Positions 33,796-42,288 of a DNA stretch of 56,680 nt are shown one piece after another. The notes below the pieces were generated by a model, which had not been told where the DNA came from, ran no database searches, and worked only from the letters and a program-made list of their open reading frames with translations. Within the stretch, counting starts at the first letter, position 1; each line of letters begins with the position of its first letter. Position numbers and translations under genes: made by a program. This stretch comes from a virus, in IMG/VR virus record IMGVR_UViG_3300022930_000002, positions 1 to 56,680 of that record. One strand, given 5' to 3'.

Positions 33796-34277
33796 ATAGC
33801 TTTTTTATTAAGTGAATTTCTTTTGTTTTTATTTTGCTCCGATTTTGGTATCCAACAACAGTTCTCAGGTTCATAATTACCATTAACGTCAATACGCTCT
33901 ATAGTTAAACCCTCAACATGAGAAGGACCCATATCTTTATTAAATTCTTTAAACTCTAGCCAGGGAGTATGTACGGTTATGCCTCTACCACCATAGTGTT
34001 TAAATACTTGTGAATTAGGATTATTACACCTTTGTATCATGGAATGCCAACTATTGTAAATACCAGAACCCCACAGGCCATGTTTAGTAATAACTTTTGT
34101 GTTAATACACCCACAACTTGTAGTATGTTGTCTTTTTAAATTACTACCGAAAACAATCGTTTCTTTGCCACAATCACATTTACATAACCATTTAATGTGG
34201 CCGTTTGGACTGCGTGAATCAATAGATATAGCAGTAAGCATTCCTATCTTTATACTTGGTTCAATCTTTATTTTCAT
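33792..34277 (-). CDS. homing-endonuclease-like protein, paralog of 28321-28950, inserted between polymerase and primase genes
   Basis: WLCKCDCG...SCGC, YNSWHSMIQRC, YGGRGI, ERIDVNGNYEPENCCWIPKSEQNKNK. Confidence 0.5.
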   Translation of the reverse strand: MKIKIEPSIKIGMLTAISIDSRSPNGHIKWLCKCDCGKETIVFGSNLKRQHTTSCGCINTKVITKHGLWGSGIYNSWHSMIQRCNNPNSQVFKHYGGRGITVHTPWLEFKEFNKDMGPSHVEGLTIERIDVNGNYEPENCCWIPKSEQNKNKRNSLNKKAI

Positions 34278-34280
34278 AGT

Positions 34281-36398
34281 TTATTTATTATAACAATAAC
34301 TTTCCCCACCTTCGGCAGCCAGAGGTAGGCCTTCCATCCATGGTTGAGGTTTAACCATGAGTCTGTTCACTTCTGCCAAAGATGTAACATTATTTGGCAT
34401 TTCTGCTATAACTTCATCATGAACGTGAGAGCAAATTAAAATACCTACTTTATCGAGGTTAAGCATGGCATTAGCAAGGCAATCTCGGGCTATAGCTTGA
34501 CAAATATTCTCGACAAGTTTTCCCCCGTATGTGCTTGATTTCTCCCATTTTCGTGTAAATTGACTGATTGCCCAGAAAGTGATTCTTTCTGCTTCTTTAA
34601 GCTTTGTACCGATTTGTACCGTGATTTCATCGCCTTCTTCATCGATAATTGTATCGTAAATTGGCACCTTTCGCATATAGGTTTGAACCTCAGCTTTAGG
34701 AAACATTAGTGACCGACCGGATGGTAAAGTTAACAAAAGAGTACCGTTTTTCATACTAAAACTTATACCCTTCTCTCCAACTTTCACAAGACCCCCGAAC
34801 TTAATTGCCTTTTTAGCAGCAGCTTCGCAGGCTCTCCAAAAAGCTACAATGTTTGGATTTGCTTCTCTCCAATCCTTTACAAGCTGTGGTTGCTCTTTTT
34901 TCTTAAGGCCCATCTTCTCAGCTCCCATTCTTTCCAAAGCATCCGGCCCACCGCCATAGCCCAGAAGTAAAGCACCAATTTTGCCTTTTTGTCTTTCCTG
35001 CTTTGTAACATCTTCAATTGGTTTGTGCATCATCTTAGATGCTGTGGCTTCATATATTTTACCGTGAGTTCTAAATACTTCAAGTACCCATTCCTCACCT
35101 GCAATCCAGGCCAAAACCCTTGCTTCAATAGCTGAGAAATCTGAGATGATTAAACGTTTAAGCTTGTCACTAATAAAAGCAGTCCTTATTAACTGAGAAA
35201 GGATATTGGATAAACTACCAAATACCCACTCAATATTTTCAATGTCCTTTTCTTTTACAAGCTGCCGAGCAAGCATTAATTCTTCCAGAGAAAGTAAAAT
35301 ACGTGGTAAGTTTTGAACCTGTACTAATCTGCCGGCCCATCGCCACGTTCGTCCGGCACCACAGAACTGAAACAGTCCTCTCACACGATCCCCGACACCC
35401 GCAGCTTTGATCATGGCAACATACTTCTTTATGGAAGTTTTGCTCATTTCCTGCCGGATTTCAAGCACCCTTTTAACGGCATCTACATCATCTAAAACGT
35501 AATCCATTTCTCCGGCATTTACCTTTTCAAGTAAATCGTCGATGGTGCCTTTAGATAGACTGGTAGTTCCTTCAGATTCATCCTCACTATCAAAACTTGA
35601 TGCTTTAGAAACTGGCGCAGTAGATTTTGTCTTGGGTAGAATTAAGCCTTGATTTTCTAACCAGACTTTTAACTGGGCAACGCTATTTGGATTACTTAAT
35701 CCGGTTAAACGTTTGGCCTCTAAAGTCAATCGCTCTCTGAAAATAGCATCCAATTCGATGGCACAATTGGCAAGATCAATATCTACTTTCCAACCTCTTT
35801 TATTTATACGCTGATCTAGGCACCAGAGTTTGTGCTCGATCTCCGGAAGTTCTACCCAGTGTAAAGCATCACAAATGGCCTGCTCTGTGGCAACATCCTG
35901 TTTACAATATTCAATAAACTTAGCCCATTTTTCAGGAGCATGATGTGGAAGGTTTCTGGTTCTCCCCCCGTTAGCTTTAGTAGGTTTACACGGAATACAG
36001 AAATATCTGATCAGTGCTTTACCTTCGCTATCCTTTTTATCTGCGGTGCCCAGGGCTTTACTAGATTCATCCAGAGACATTGGATATCCTGCAATAGCAG
36101 ATAATACTGCACTGCAACGCCATTGCTCAGGAACAAGCTCTAAACCTAATGCCTGGGAAATATTACCCAACTCAAAGGAAGCATTATGGGCTGTCTTTCT
36201 AAATTCATAAGAAAGCATGGCATCTATTACATATTGAGGTATTTTCTCCCCAGAAAGTAAGTCGATACATTTTGGAGGTTCTTTATCAATAGAATATCCA
36301 AATAATATAATTTCTGATTTCTCTGCGTATTTATATGATCCCGCAGATTTTATATCCACCTCGCAAAAGGTTTCAATATCTATAGACATTTCTCTCAT
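34281..36398 (-). CDS. family A DNA polymerase with 3'-5' exonuclease domain
   Basis: Exo I SIDIETF; Pol motif A ISDFSAIEARVLAW; motif B RQKGKIGALLLGYGGG; motif C SHVHDEV. Confidence 0.9.
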   Translation of the reverse strand: MREMSIDIETFCEVDIKSAGSYKYAEKSEIILFGYSIDKEPPKCIDLLSGEKIPQYVIDAMLSYEFRKTAHNASFELGNISQALGLELVPEQWRCSAVLSAIAGYPMSLDESSKALGTADKKDSEGKALIRYFCIPCKPTKANGGRTRNLPHHAPEKWAKFIEYCKQDVATEQAICDALHWVELPEIEHKLWCLDQRINKRGWKVDIDLANCAIELDAIFRERLTLEAKRLTGLSNPNSVAQLKVWLENQGLILPKTKSTAPVSKASSFDSEDESEGTTSLSKGTIDDLLEKVNAGEMDYVLDDVDAVKRVLEIRQEMSKTSIKKYVAMIKAAGVGDRVRGLFQFCGAGRTWRWAGRLVQVQNLPRILLSLEELMLARQLVKEKDIENIEWVFGSLSNILSQLIRTAFISDKLKRLIISDFSAIEARVLAWIAGEEWVLEVFRTHGKIYEATASKMMHKPIEDVTKQERQKGKIGALLLGYGGGPDALERMGAEKMGLKKKEQPQLVKDWREANPNIVAFWRACEAAAKKAIKFGGLVKVGEKGISFSMKNGTLLLTLPSGRSLMFPKAEVQTYMRKVPIYDTIIDEEGDEITVQIGTKLKEAERITFWAISQFTRKWEKSSTYGGKLVENICQAIARDCLANAMLNLDKVGILICSHVHDEVIAEMPNNVTSLAEVNRLMVKPQPWMEGLPLAAEGGESYCYNK

Positions 36399-36718
36399 AT
36401 TAGACCACTCATATCATCATCAAATTCCAGTATTTCTACTTTCATAGGATGTTTGGATGTAATTTCTCTTAATTTCTTTCTGTACTCCTGCGATTTATAA
36501 GCAGGGTCTTTTGGGTCCTCAGTGGGCCTGAGCCATGTGGGTGGGTAAAAAGGACTGGGTTTATCCAAGTTCCTTATTAAAGGTAAAAGATGATCCTGGT
36601 GTTGCTCTCGTAAGTCTTGCAGGAATAATAGTGTGGTGTTGGGCTGCTCAAACTCCATAGTCTGATCCTTAAAGCCCGAAACTTTTATTCTAATCATTGC
36701 ATATAAGTGTTTGCACAA
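36395..36718 (-). CDS. hypothetical protein (start uncertain)
   Basis: ORF track; overlaps the polymerase start by 4 nt. Confidence 0.55.
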   Translation of the reverse strand: MCKHLYAMIRIKVSGFKDQTMEFEQPNTTLLFLQDLREQHQDHLLPLIRNLDKPSPFYPPTWLRPTEDPKDPAYKSQEYRKKLREITSKHPMKVEILEFDDDMSGLI

Positions 36719-36751
36719 AACTAGTAATTATAAGGCAAAATAAAAAACTTT

Positions 36752-36790
36752 AAAAAATATTTTGTTTTAATAAATTATGCTTTATATTTG
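36752..36790 (+). promoter_or_regulatory. promoter (AAAAAATATTTTG-N18-TATATTTG)
   Basis: TTG at 36762-36764 and TATATTTG at 36783-36790. Confidence 0.6.
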
Positions 36791-36812
36791 TGGCAGATAA
36801 AAATAACAGAAC

Positions 36813-37019
36813 ATGAGCAAACGAATTAACAGATCAAAATATAACTTCTCTCAATTACAGATGGGAGATAGTTTTATGGTTGATGCTTTGGACTTATATA
36901 GCATGAAGAACTCTTTGCGTTTTTATAATAAGCAGCACAACCAGAAGATAACTATTGCCACAGAAGATTTAGGTGAGGGTGTTTTAAAAGCAACAAGAGT
37001 TGCTGCTAAAATTAAGTAG
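36813..37019 (+). CDS. hypothetical protein
   Basis: ORF track. Confidence 0.55.
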   Translation: MSKRINRSKYNFSQLQMGDSFMVDALDLYSMKNSLRFYNKQHNQKITIATEDLGEGVLKATRVAAKIK

Positions 37020-37049
37020 AAAATTATCACCGTACTAAAGCTAAAATAA

Positions 37050-38072
37050 ATGGAATTTGATTTTACCAAAAGGCTAACTAAAAAGCGAAAACAAGAGTTT
37101 GCCGATTTAATGATAGGTTTATCTAAACTTATCGGATTCAAAGTATCTTCTAGGGGATGGGCATATATTATGGAGCAGAAAGGCTACATTAATAAAGACC
37201 AGTTTGATAGAGTTGCAGATGCAATCAACGATTGTAGAAAGCAAGGTTTCTTGCCGGTAGATTTTGTTGCTGAAGAAAAAGCCCGAGAATTTTCTGGGGT
37301 AGAGACTCCCGACGATAGAACTTTAGAATCTATCCTTAGATGGATGGTATCTGATGTCTTAACTGGACATAAATATTATATGCCAGATTGGTGGAACGGT
37401 GAACAATACTACATTCAAATGGTTGTAGAGAAAGTCGATTTAGTTTCTTTGTTTGAACCTATTTGCAGAGAGTATCACATACCAGTTGCCAATTCAAAAG
37501 GTTGGTCATCTATTTCTCAAAGAGCAGAATATGCTAGGAGATTTAGAGAAGCTGAAGATTTGGGATTACAATGTGTTTTACTTTATTGCGGAGATCACGA
37601 TCCAGATGGATTAAGAATATCTGAAACACTTCGAAGTAATTTAGAAGATGTTAAAGACGTTGTATTCGAAGATGGTAAAAGAGGGTATGATCCCCAGGAC
37701 CTTATTATTGATAGATTTGGATTGAACTATAATTTTATACTTGAAAATGGTTTCACCTGGATTGATAATTTAATTACAGGCTCGGGTAAAAATCTAGCCA
37801 GTCCTTCCCATCCAAATAACGGTATGCCTTATGTACAGGAATATTTAAAAGATGTTGGAGTAAGGAAGTGCGAGGCCAATGTGGTTGTAACCTTACCTGC
37901 GGTAGCTAAAAAGCTCTGTACTGAAGCCATTGAAAAATATGTTGGTGATGGTGCTCTCGAGCGTTTCAGAATTAAAACTACTGAGATTCAGGAGCAATAC
38001 GAAGAACTACTTGAACAGTATGAAATTAAAGAACCTATCCAACGTATTCTTGATGAGATAGACGAAGAATAA
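37050..38072 (+). CDS. Toprim-domain protein resembling Topo VI-A / Spo11 / JetD C-terminal region
   Basis: IQMVVEKVDL (Toprim Glu) followed by LLYCGDHDPDGLRI (DxD); N-terminal RGWAYIME possible 5Y-CAP Tyr. Confidence 0.5.
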   Translation: MEFDFTKRLTKKRKQEFADLMIGLSKLIGFKVSSRGWAYIMEQKGYINKDQFDRVADAINDCRKQGFLPVDFVAEEKAREFSGVETPDDRTLESILRWMVSDVLTGHKYYMPDWWNGEQYYIQMVVEKVDLVSLFEPICREYHIPVANSKGWSSISQRAEYARRFREAEDLGLQCVLLYCGDHDPDGLRISETLRSNLEDVKDVVFEDGKRGYDPQDLIIDRFGLNYNFILENGFTWIDNLITGSGKNLASPSHPNNGMPYVQEYLKDVGVRKCEANVVVTLPAVAKKLCTEAIEKYVGDGALERFRIKTTEIQEQYEELLEQYEIKEPIQRILDEIDEE

Positions 38073-38259
38073 ACAAGTCCTGCGAGTGGGAATCCGCGAA
38101 GTGCAGGCAAGAAATAAAACACACATTAAAGCCTGAGAAAGTGTTAATTGTAGTATCTGAATGTGTCGTCAGCCGGAGTGTTCTGGATGAGCTACAGCCA
38201 CCTGTTTACGTAACGCGACGCGATAAGTAAACAAGCCCCTGAATGTGTGTTTTTAATAT

Positions 38260-38333
38260 TGCGAGGTACATCAGTTGGCTAGATGGTCCGGCTCATATCC
38301 GGAATGGCGAGAGTTCGAGTCTCTCCCTCGCAA
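38260..38333 (+). tRNA. tRNA with anticodon CAU (elongator Met or Ile2)
   Basis: Acceptor TGCGAGG/CCTCGCA, D stem CATC/GATG, anticodon stem TCCGG/CCGGA, loop CTCATAT, T arm GAGAG-TTCGAGT-CTCTC. Confidence 0.8.
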
Positions 38334-38401
38334 CGAACAAGTGCATTGACATTTTAGTGAAGTTAGTTCGGACGAGGGTTCGACTCCCTCCACCTCCACC
38401 A
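38334..38401 (+). ncRNA. ssrA: tmRNA-like acceptor piece (3' half of a tRNA-Ala-like domain, encoded CCA)
   Basis: GGAC-GAGGG-TTCGACT-CCCTC-CACCTCC-A-CCA; its 5' end ACAAGTGCA is complementary to the 3' end of the coding piece. Confidence 0.6.
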
Positions 38402-38468
38402 ATGTTAAGGGTAGTTACTTAACGCTAAAGAAAAGGATTGATTGATGATCGCCTTTTCTAAACCTAAT

Positions 38469-38610
38469 GGGGGTGCCTGGTTTTGACGTATTAATAAGTA
38501 GGTAAAGTAGAGTGTTTGTTTAAATTCAACTGGCAAAGTTGTAAAAATGTTCAGTCCATCGCTAAGAGCGGTAGCCTAAACAGTCCGCAGGGAACTAAAT
38601 CCCTGCACTT
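38469..38610 (+). ncRNA. ssrA: tmRNA-like coding piece (5' acceptor strand GGGGGTG, D-loop analogue CCTGGTTTTGAC, candidate tag frame ending AVA-TAA, 3' hairpin)
   Basis: GGGGGTG pairs with CACCTCC (38391-38397), giving G3:U70. An open frame at 38511-38576 stops at TAA 38577. Hairpin GCAGGGA-ACTAAA-TCCCTGC. Confidence 0.55.
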
Positions 38611-38683
38611 GTATCCTTAGCTCAGTTGGTAGAGCAGCGCACTCATACTGCGTAGGTCGTCTGTTCGAGTCAGGCAGGGTACA
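38611..38683 (+). tRNA. second tRNA with anticodon CAU (Met or Ile2)
   Basis: Acceptor GTATCCT/AGGGTAC, D arm GCTC-AGTTGGTA-GAGC, anticodon stem GCGCA/TGCGT, loop CTCATAC, T loop TTCGAGT. Confidence 0.85.
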
Positions 38684-38691
38684 CAATTAAT

Positions 38692-38713
38692 AAAACAGTT
38701 AAACAGTAAAATC
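38692..38713 (+). promoter_or_regulatory. conserved 5' leader motif AAAACAGTTAAACAGTAAAATC (copy 1)
   Basis: Near-identical to 41642-41671, in both cases just before an ATG. Confidence 0.5.
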
Positions 38714-38722
38714 GAAAAACAG

Positions 38723-39331
38723 ATGCAAAAAGTAAAATTTGAGGCCCCGACCGGAGCCGAACTAAGACAGCAAATGTTAGACTTCTTAGGCCTTGATGGT
38801 ACAAATACCATTAGACAGGAAGGTCTGGCAGTAACACACAGCCGTATTGTGGAACTTGCTAAATCAGCAGTAAATGACCCACTTCCTACACCAACTCCTG
38901 AGCCTGAAACGCCAACACAGGAAGCTGTGCCAGAGACTACTACAACAACTCGCAAACGTAGGAGTAAAGCTGAAATTGAAGCAGACAAAGCACCAGAAAC
39001 CCCAGTAGAAAAAACTGAAGAAGAATTAAATGCAGAGGCAACTGGTTCTGAATCAACAGAGGATACTCCTGCCGACGATACTGGTATGACCGAAACTCTA
39101 GCACAAGACAATGCTGAAGCCAACAAAGAAACTAAACCGGCTGAATCTGAGATCACTCGTCCTTTCTTAACTGAGATCGTTTTGGCTAAAGGTAGAGAAG
39201 GTAAAAAACCTTTAATGTTAGCCATCTTTGCTGACTTCGTTCAAGCTGATGGAACCACAAAGGTTTCCGGACTTCCGAACCTTGATCCAAAAGATTACGA
39301 AGCTTTCTACGCAAAAGTTAAGGATTTGTAG
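38723..39331 (+). CDS. acidic Thr/Glu-rich hypothetical protein
   Basis: ORF track; chosen over the mirror-image antisense ORF 38617-39225. Confidence 0.65.
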   Translation: MQKVKFEAPTGAELRQQMLDFLGLDGTNTIRQEGLAVTHSRIVELAKSAVNDPLPTPTPEPETPTQEAVPETTTTTRKRRSKAEIEADKAPETPVEKTEEELNAEATGSESTEDTPADDTGMTETLAQDNAEANKETKPAESEITRPFLTEIVLAKGREGKKPLMLAIFADFVQADGTTKVSGLPNLDPKDYEAFYAKVKDL

Positions 39332-39334
39332 CAG

Positions 39335-40513
39335 ATGTCAGGCCACGCAAAACTCTCGCCATCCTCCGCTAGTAGGTGGATGGCTTGCACTAAGTCTCCG
39401 GACTTAGAATCTAATTTTCCTAATACTACCAGTAGTTTTGCTGAAGAAGGCACGTTGGCTCATGCAATTTGTGAGGATATGCTACGTCTGGAACATAACC
39501 AGATAACTGAAAAACAGTATGAGAAGCAAATGAAATCTCATAGGAAAAGCCAATATTATAACGAAGAAATGTTACAGTATTGCCAGGACTATGTTGATTT
39601 TGTAAACTTGTCAGCTTGCGAACCAGGTGCTTTTATTTTCATCGAACAACGTCTTGATATGACTAATTATGTTCCTGAAGGTTTTGGTACTGGGGATGCT
39701 TTAGTGATCTGGCCATGGATGAAAAAACTTAAGTTCTTTGATTTAAAATATGGAAAAGGAGTTAAAGTCTCAGCATTAAATAACACACAACTTAAGTTGT
39801 ATGCACTTGGAGCCTTAAACGATTACGGACACATATTCGAGATTGAAGAAATTGAAGTTAATATCTTCCAACCACGTTTAGATGGATCATCTACCTGGAA
39901 CATTTCAGTAGCGGACCTGTTAGAATGGGCTGAAGCAGAACTTAAACCTAGGGCACTTTTAGCTTGGAATGGAGAAGGAGAGTATAAAGCAGGAGAGCAC
40001 TGTAGATTCTGTAAAGCAAAAGCACAGTGCCGAGCTTTAGCAGAATACAATCTAAGTCTTGCGGAGATGGCTTTTAAAGACCCCGATCTGTTAGAAATGG
40101 ATGAGATTGCTGATGTACTTTCCAAAGAAGATTTATTTAAGAATTGGATCGAAGCAGTAAAAGGTTATGCTTATGCGCAGGCTGTAGAGGGTGAGAAAAT
40201 TCCAGGATACAAGTTGGTCCACGGAAAATCTACTAGGGTCTACAGTGATCCTTTGAAAGTGGAAGAAGTGTTAAAGAAAAACGGTCATACCGATATCTAC
40301 ACCAAACCTGCTCTAGTTGGAATCACTGAGCTATCCAAACGTATTGGTAAAGTTAATTTTGCTAACGTAGTAGAACCTTTACTAATTAAGCCAGATGGCA
40401 AAGCAACACTGGTAGTAGAGTCCGATAAGAGACCGGAGATGTTAACGGCTCACGCAGCAGCTAATGCTTTTGACGATGAGTTTATTGATGACGATGCAAG
40501 CGATTTAGTATAA
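39335..40513 (+). CDS. PD-(D/E)XK exonuclease, DUF2800 / Cas4-like
   Basis: HAKLSPSSASRWMACTKSP start, GTGDALVI..DLKYGKG nuclease core, C-terminal CRFCKAKAQC. Confidence 0.75.
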   Translation: MSGHAKLSPSSASRWMACTKSPDLESNFPNTTSSFAEEGTLAHAICEDMLRLEHNQITEKQYEKQMKSHRKSQYYNEEMLQYCQDYVDFVNLSACEPGAFIFIEQRLDMTNYVPEGFGTGDALVIWPWMKKLKFFDLKYGKGVKVSALNNTQLKLYALGALNDYGHIFEIEEIEVNIFQPRLDGSSTWNISVADLLEWAEAELKPRALLAWNGEGEYKAGEHCRFCKAKAQCRALAEYNLSLAEMAFKDPDLLEMDEIADVLSKEDLFKNWIEAVKGYAYAQAVEGEKIPGYKLVHGKSTRVYSDPLKVEEVLKKNGHTDIYTKPALVGITELSKRIGKVNFANVVEPLLIKPDGKATLVVESDKRPEMLTAHAAANAFDDEFIDDDASDLV

Positions 40514-41025
40514 TGGAGATTTGGAAAGACATATCTGGTTTCGAAGGATTATATCAAATAAGTAATTTTGGTAATGTAAAATCATTTGATAGAAAGTACC
40601 CCAATAAATTAACAGGAGGTTTTTCAGTTAGAAAAGGTCAAATGTTAAAAACTTGGGTATCTAAAGGATATGTAAGAGTGGGTTTGTGTCTTAATGGAAA
40701 ACATAGATTTTATGCGGTTCATCGCTTAGTAGCTATAGCTTTCTTAGTCGCTATACCTGGTAAAAATATAGTTAATCATATTGATGCAAACCCTTTAAAT
40801 AACCACTATACTAATCTTGAATGGTGTACTCAAAAAGAAAACATCCATCACCAATTAAACATTACAAAAATAATACCTAATAGGTCAAAATTAATTTTAG
40901 ATAAAGACACAGGTTTTATTTTTGATAGTGCAAAAGAAGCCCATAACTCCAATAACATTTCAGTAAAAGAAGGTGCTTTTAGACTTAGATTATTTAATCC
41001 AAAATACAGATTTTGTTACATATGA
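40513..41025 (+). CDS. HNH homing endonuclease with NUMOD4-type N-terminus
   Basis: EIWKDISGFEGLYQISNFGNVKS, VHRLVAIAF, NHIDANPLNNHYTNLEW.TQKEN. Confidence 0.8.
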   Translation: MEIWKDISGFEGLYQISNFGNVKSFDRKYPNKLTGGFSVRKGQMLKTWVSKGYVRVGLCLNGKHRFYAVHRLVAIAFLVAIPGKNIVNHIDANPLNNHYTNLEWCTQKENIHHQLNITKIIPNRSKLILDKDTGFIFDSAKEAHNSNNISVKEGAFRLRLFNPKYRFCYI

Positions 41026-41621
41026 AAAAGTATTTGGTATTTGATTGCGAAACAAACGGTCTACCTGTTACCTTTCTCACAAGAATGAGCGACACAAGTA
41101 ACTGGCCACGTATTACTCAGTTGGCCTGGGAACTTTGTTGGGAAGATGGAACTACCATTCAACAGATGTGTGAGATTATACAGCCAGACAATTGGGTGGT
41201 ACCAAAAACAGAGTTCTTTATCAAGCAAGGAATATCAACAGAATTATGTTTAGATGAAGGTGTCCCAATGAGCAGTATGCTCCCATATTTTATAGAGGAC
41301 TTACATCAGGCTGATCTATTGATTGCCCACAATATGAGTTTTGATTTACCGGTTATTAATTGCGAAATGTTTCGTTATAAAATATACCCAGAAAAGAAAA
41401 CTCCTAAGTTCTGCACTAAACTTGCAACAACACCCGTATGTAAACTGGCCAGTTTTCATCTCGGGAAATATAAGTGGCCATCATTAGAGGAAGCTTATCA
41501 ATACTTCTTTGGTAAAATGCCTGAAGGGGCACACAGAGCAGATTTTGATGTTTGGGCTTGCAAAATGGTAACATTAGAATTGAAAAAATTAAATTTAGTA
41601 AACCCGCAGGGTAACACGTAA
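41022..41621 (+). CDS. DnaQ-like 3'-5' exonuclease (ATG at 41022; the ORF track starts at a TTG at 41013)
   Basis: Exo I VFDCETNG, Exo II IAHNMSFDLPV, Exo III HRADFDV. Confidence 0.8.
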   Translation: MKKYLVFDCETNGLPVTFLTRMSDTSNWPRITQLAWELCWEDGTTIQQMCEIIQPDNWVVPKTEFFIKQGISTELCLDEGVPMSSMLPYFIEDLHQADLLIAHNMSFDLPVINCEMFRYKIYPEKKTPKFCTKLATTPVCKLASFHLGKYKWPSLEEAYQYFFGKMPEGAHRADFDVWACKMVTLELKKLNLVNPQGNT

Positions 41622-41641
41622 AATGGTTATCTTAGCTAATT

Positions 41642-41671
41642 AAAACAGTTAAACAGTAAAACAGTAAAATC
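41642..41671 (+). promoter_or_regulatory. conserved 5' leader motif AAAACAGTTAAACAGTAAAACAGTAAAATC (copy 2)
   Basis: See 38692-38713. Confidence 0.5.
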
Positions 41672-42229
41672 ATGAAAAGTACAACAATCACAACAGGAAA
41701 AGTAAGATTAAGCTATTTCAATGGCTTCGTACCGAAAGCAGCACCAGGTGCAACAACAGAGCAGTATGGTACTTCCATCTTGATCCCTAAATCGGATGAG
41801 AAAACAGTTAACCTGATTAAGGAAGCTATCAATGATGCGAAGATCGCAGGTCTGGCCAAACTTGGTTTCACGGACATTAAAAAAGTTCCGGTTACTATGA
41901 AACAACCATTGCGTGATGGTGATTTAGAGAAACCTGGGGACCCATTGTATGAAGGTATGTATTTCCTTAATGCCAACAACAAAAAGAAACCTGGTATTGT
42001 AGACCGTAACAGACAGGCTATTCTCGATCCAGATGCAATTTGGTCAGGATGTTATGCACGTGTTAACCTTACATTCTATGCTTTCGCTGTAGAAGGTAAC
42101 AAAGGTGTCGCTGCTGCACTTAACCACATTCAGTTAATTGCTGAAGGTGAGGCATTGGATGGAAGAATCTCAGCAGATGAAGCATTCGGTGATGATGAGG
42201 ATTTTGACGATATGGATGGAATGGTGTAA
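41672..42229 (+). CDS. DUF2815-type ssDNA-binding-like protein
   Basis: TGKVRLSYFNGFVPK start and acidic tail DDEDFDDMDGMV; co-occurs with a DUF2800 nuclease and PolA. Confidence 0.7.
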   Translation: MKSTTITTGKVRLSYFNGFVPKAAPGATTEQYGTSILIPKSDEKTVNLIKEAINDAKIAGLAKLGFTDIKKVPVTMKQPLRDGDLEKPGDPLYEGMYFLNANNKKKPGIVDRNRQAILDPDAIWSGCYARVNLTFYAFAVEGNKGVAAALNHIQLIAEGEALDGRISADEAFGDDEDFDDMDGMV

Positions 42230-42261
42230 CCCTTCTCCCGAGTAAGTTACACTTCTCCAAA

Positions 42262-42288
42262 AGCTCCCTAGAAATAGGGGGCTTTTTT
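42262..42288 (+). terminator. intrinsic terminator
   Basis: AGCTCCCTA-GAAA-TAGGGGGCT followed by TTTTT. Confidence 0.75.

Noticed and set aside
38334-38401. tmRNA 3' fragment as an attP site for integration into host ssrA
   Set aside because: No integrase or recombinase motif was found anywhere in the genome. A matching 5' acceptor strand with G3:U70 lies 68 nt downstream, and complementary outer ends are present, which an attP core would not need. This cannot be fully excluded without host sequence.
38617-39225. 202-aa minus-strand ORF, mirror image of plus-strand ORF 38723-39331
   Set aside because: It overlaps the tRNA at 38611-38683 and is a low-complexity Ser/Val/Ala antisense read-through of a Thr/Glu/Ala-rich gene. 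The plus-strand ORF fits the operon, has the conserved leader motif and couples to the next gene.
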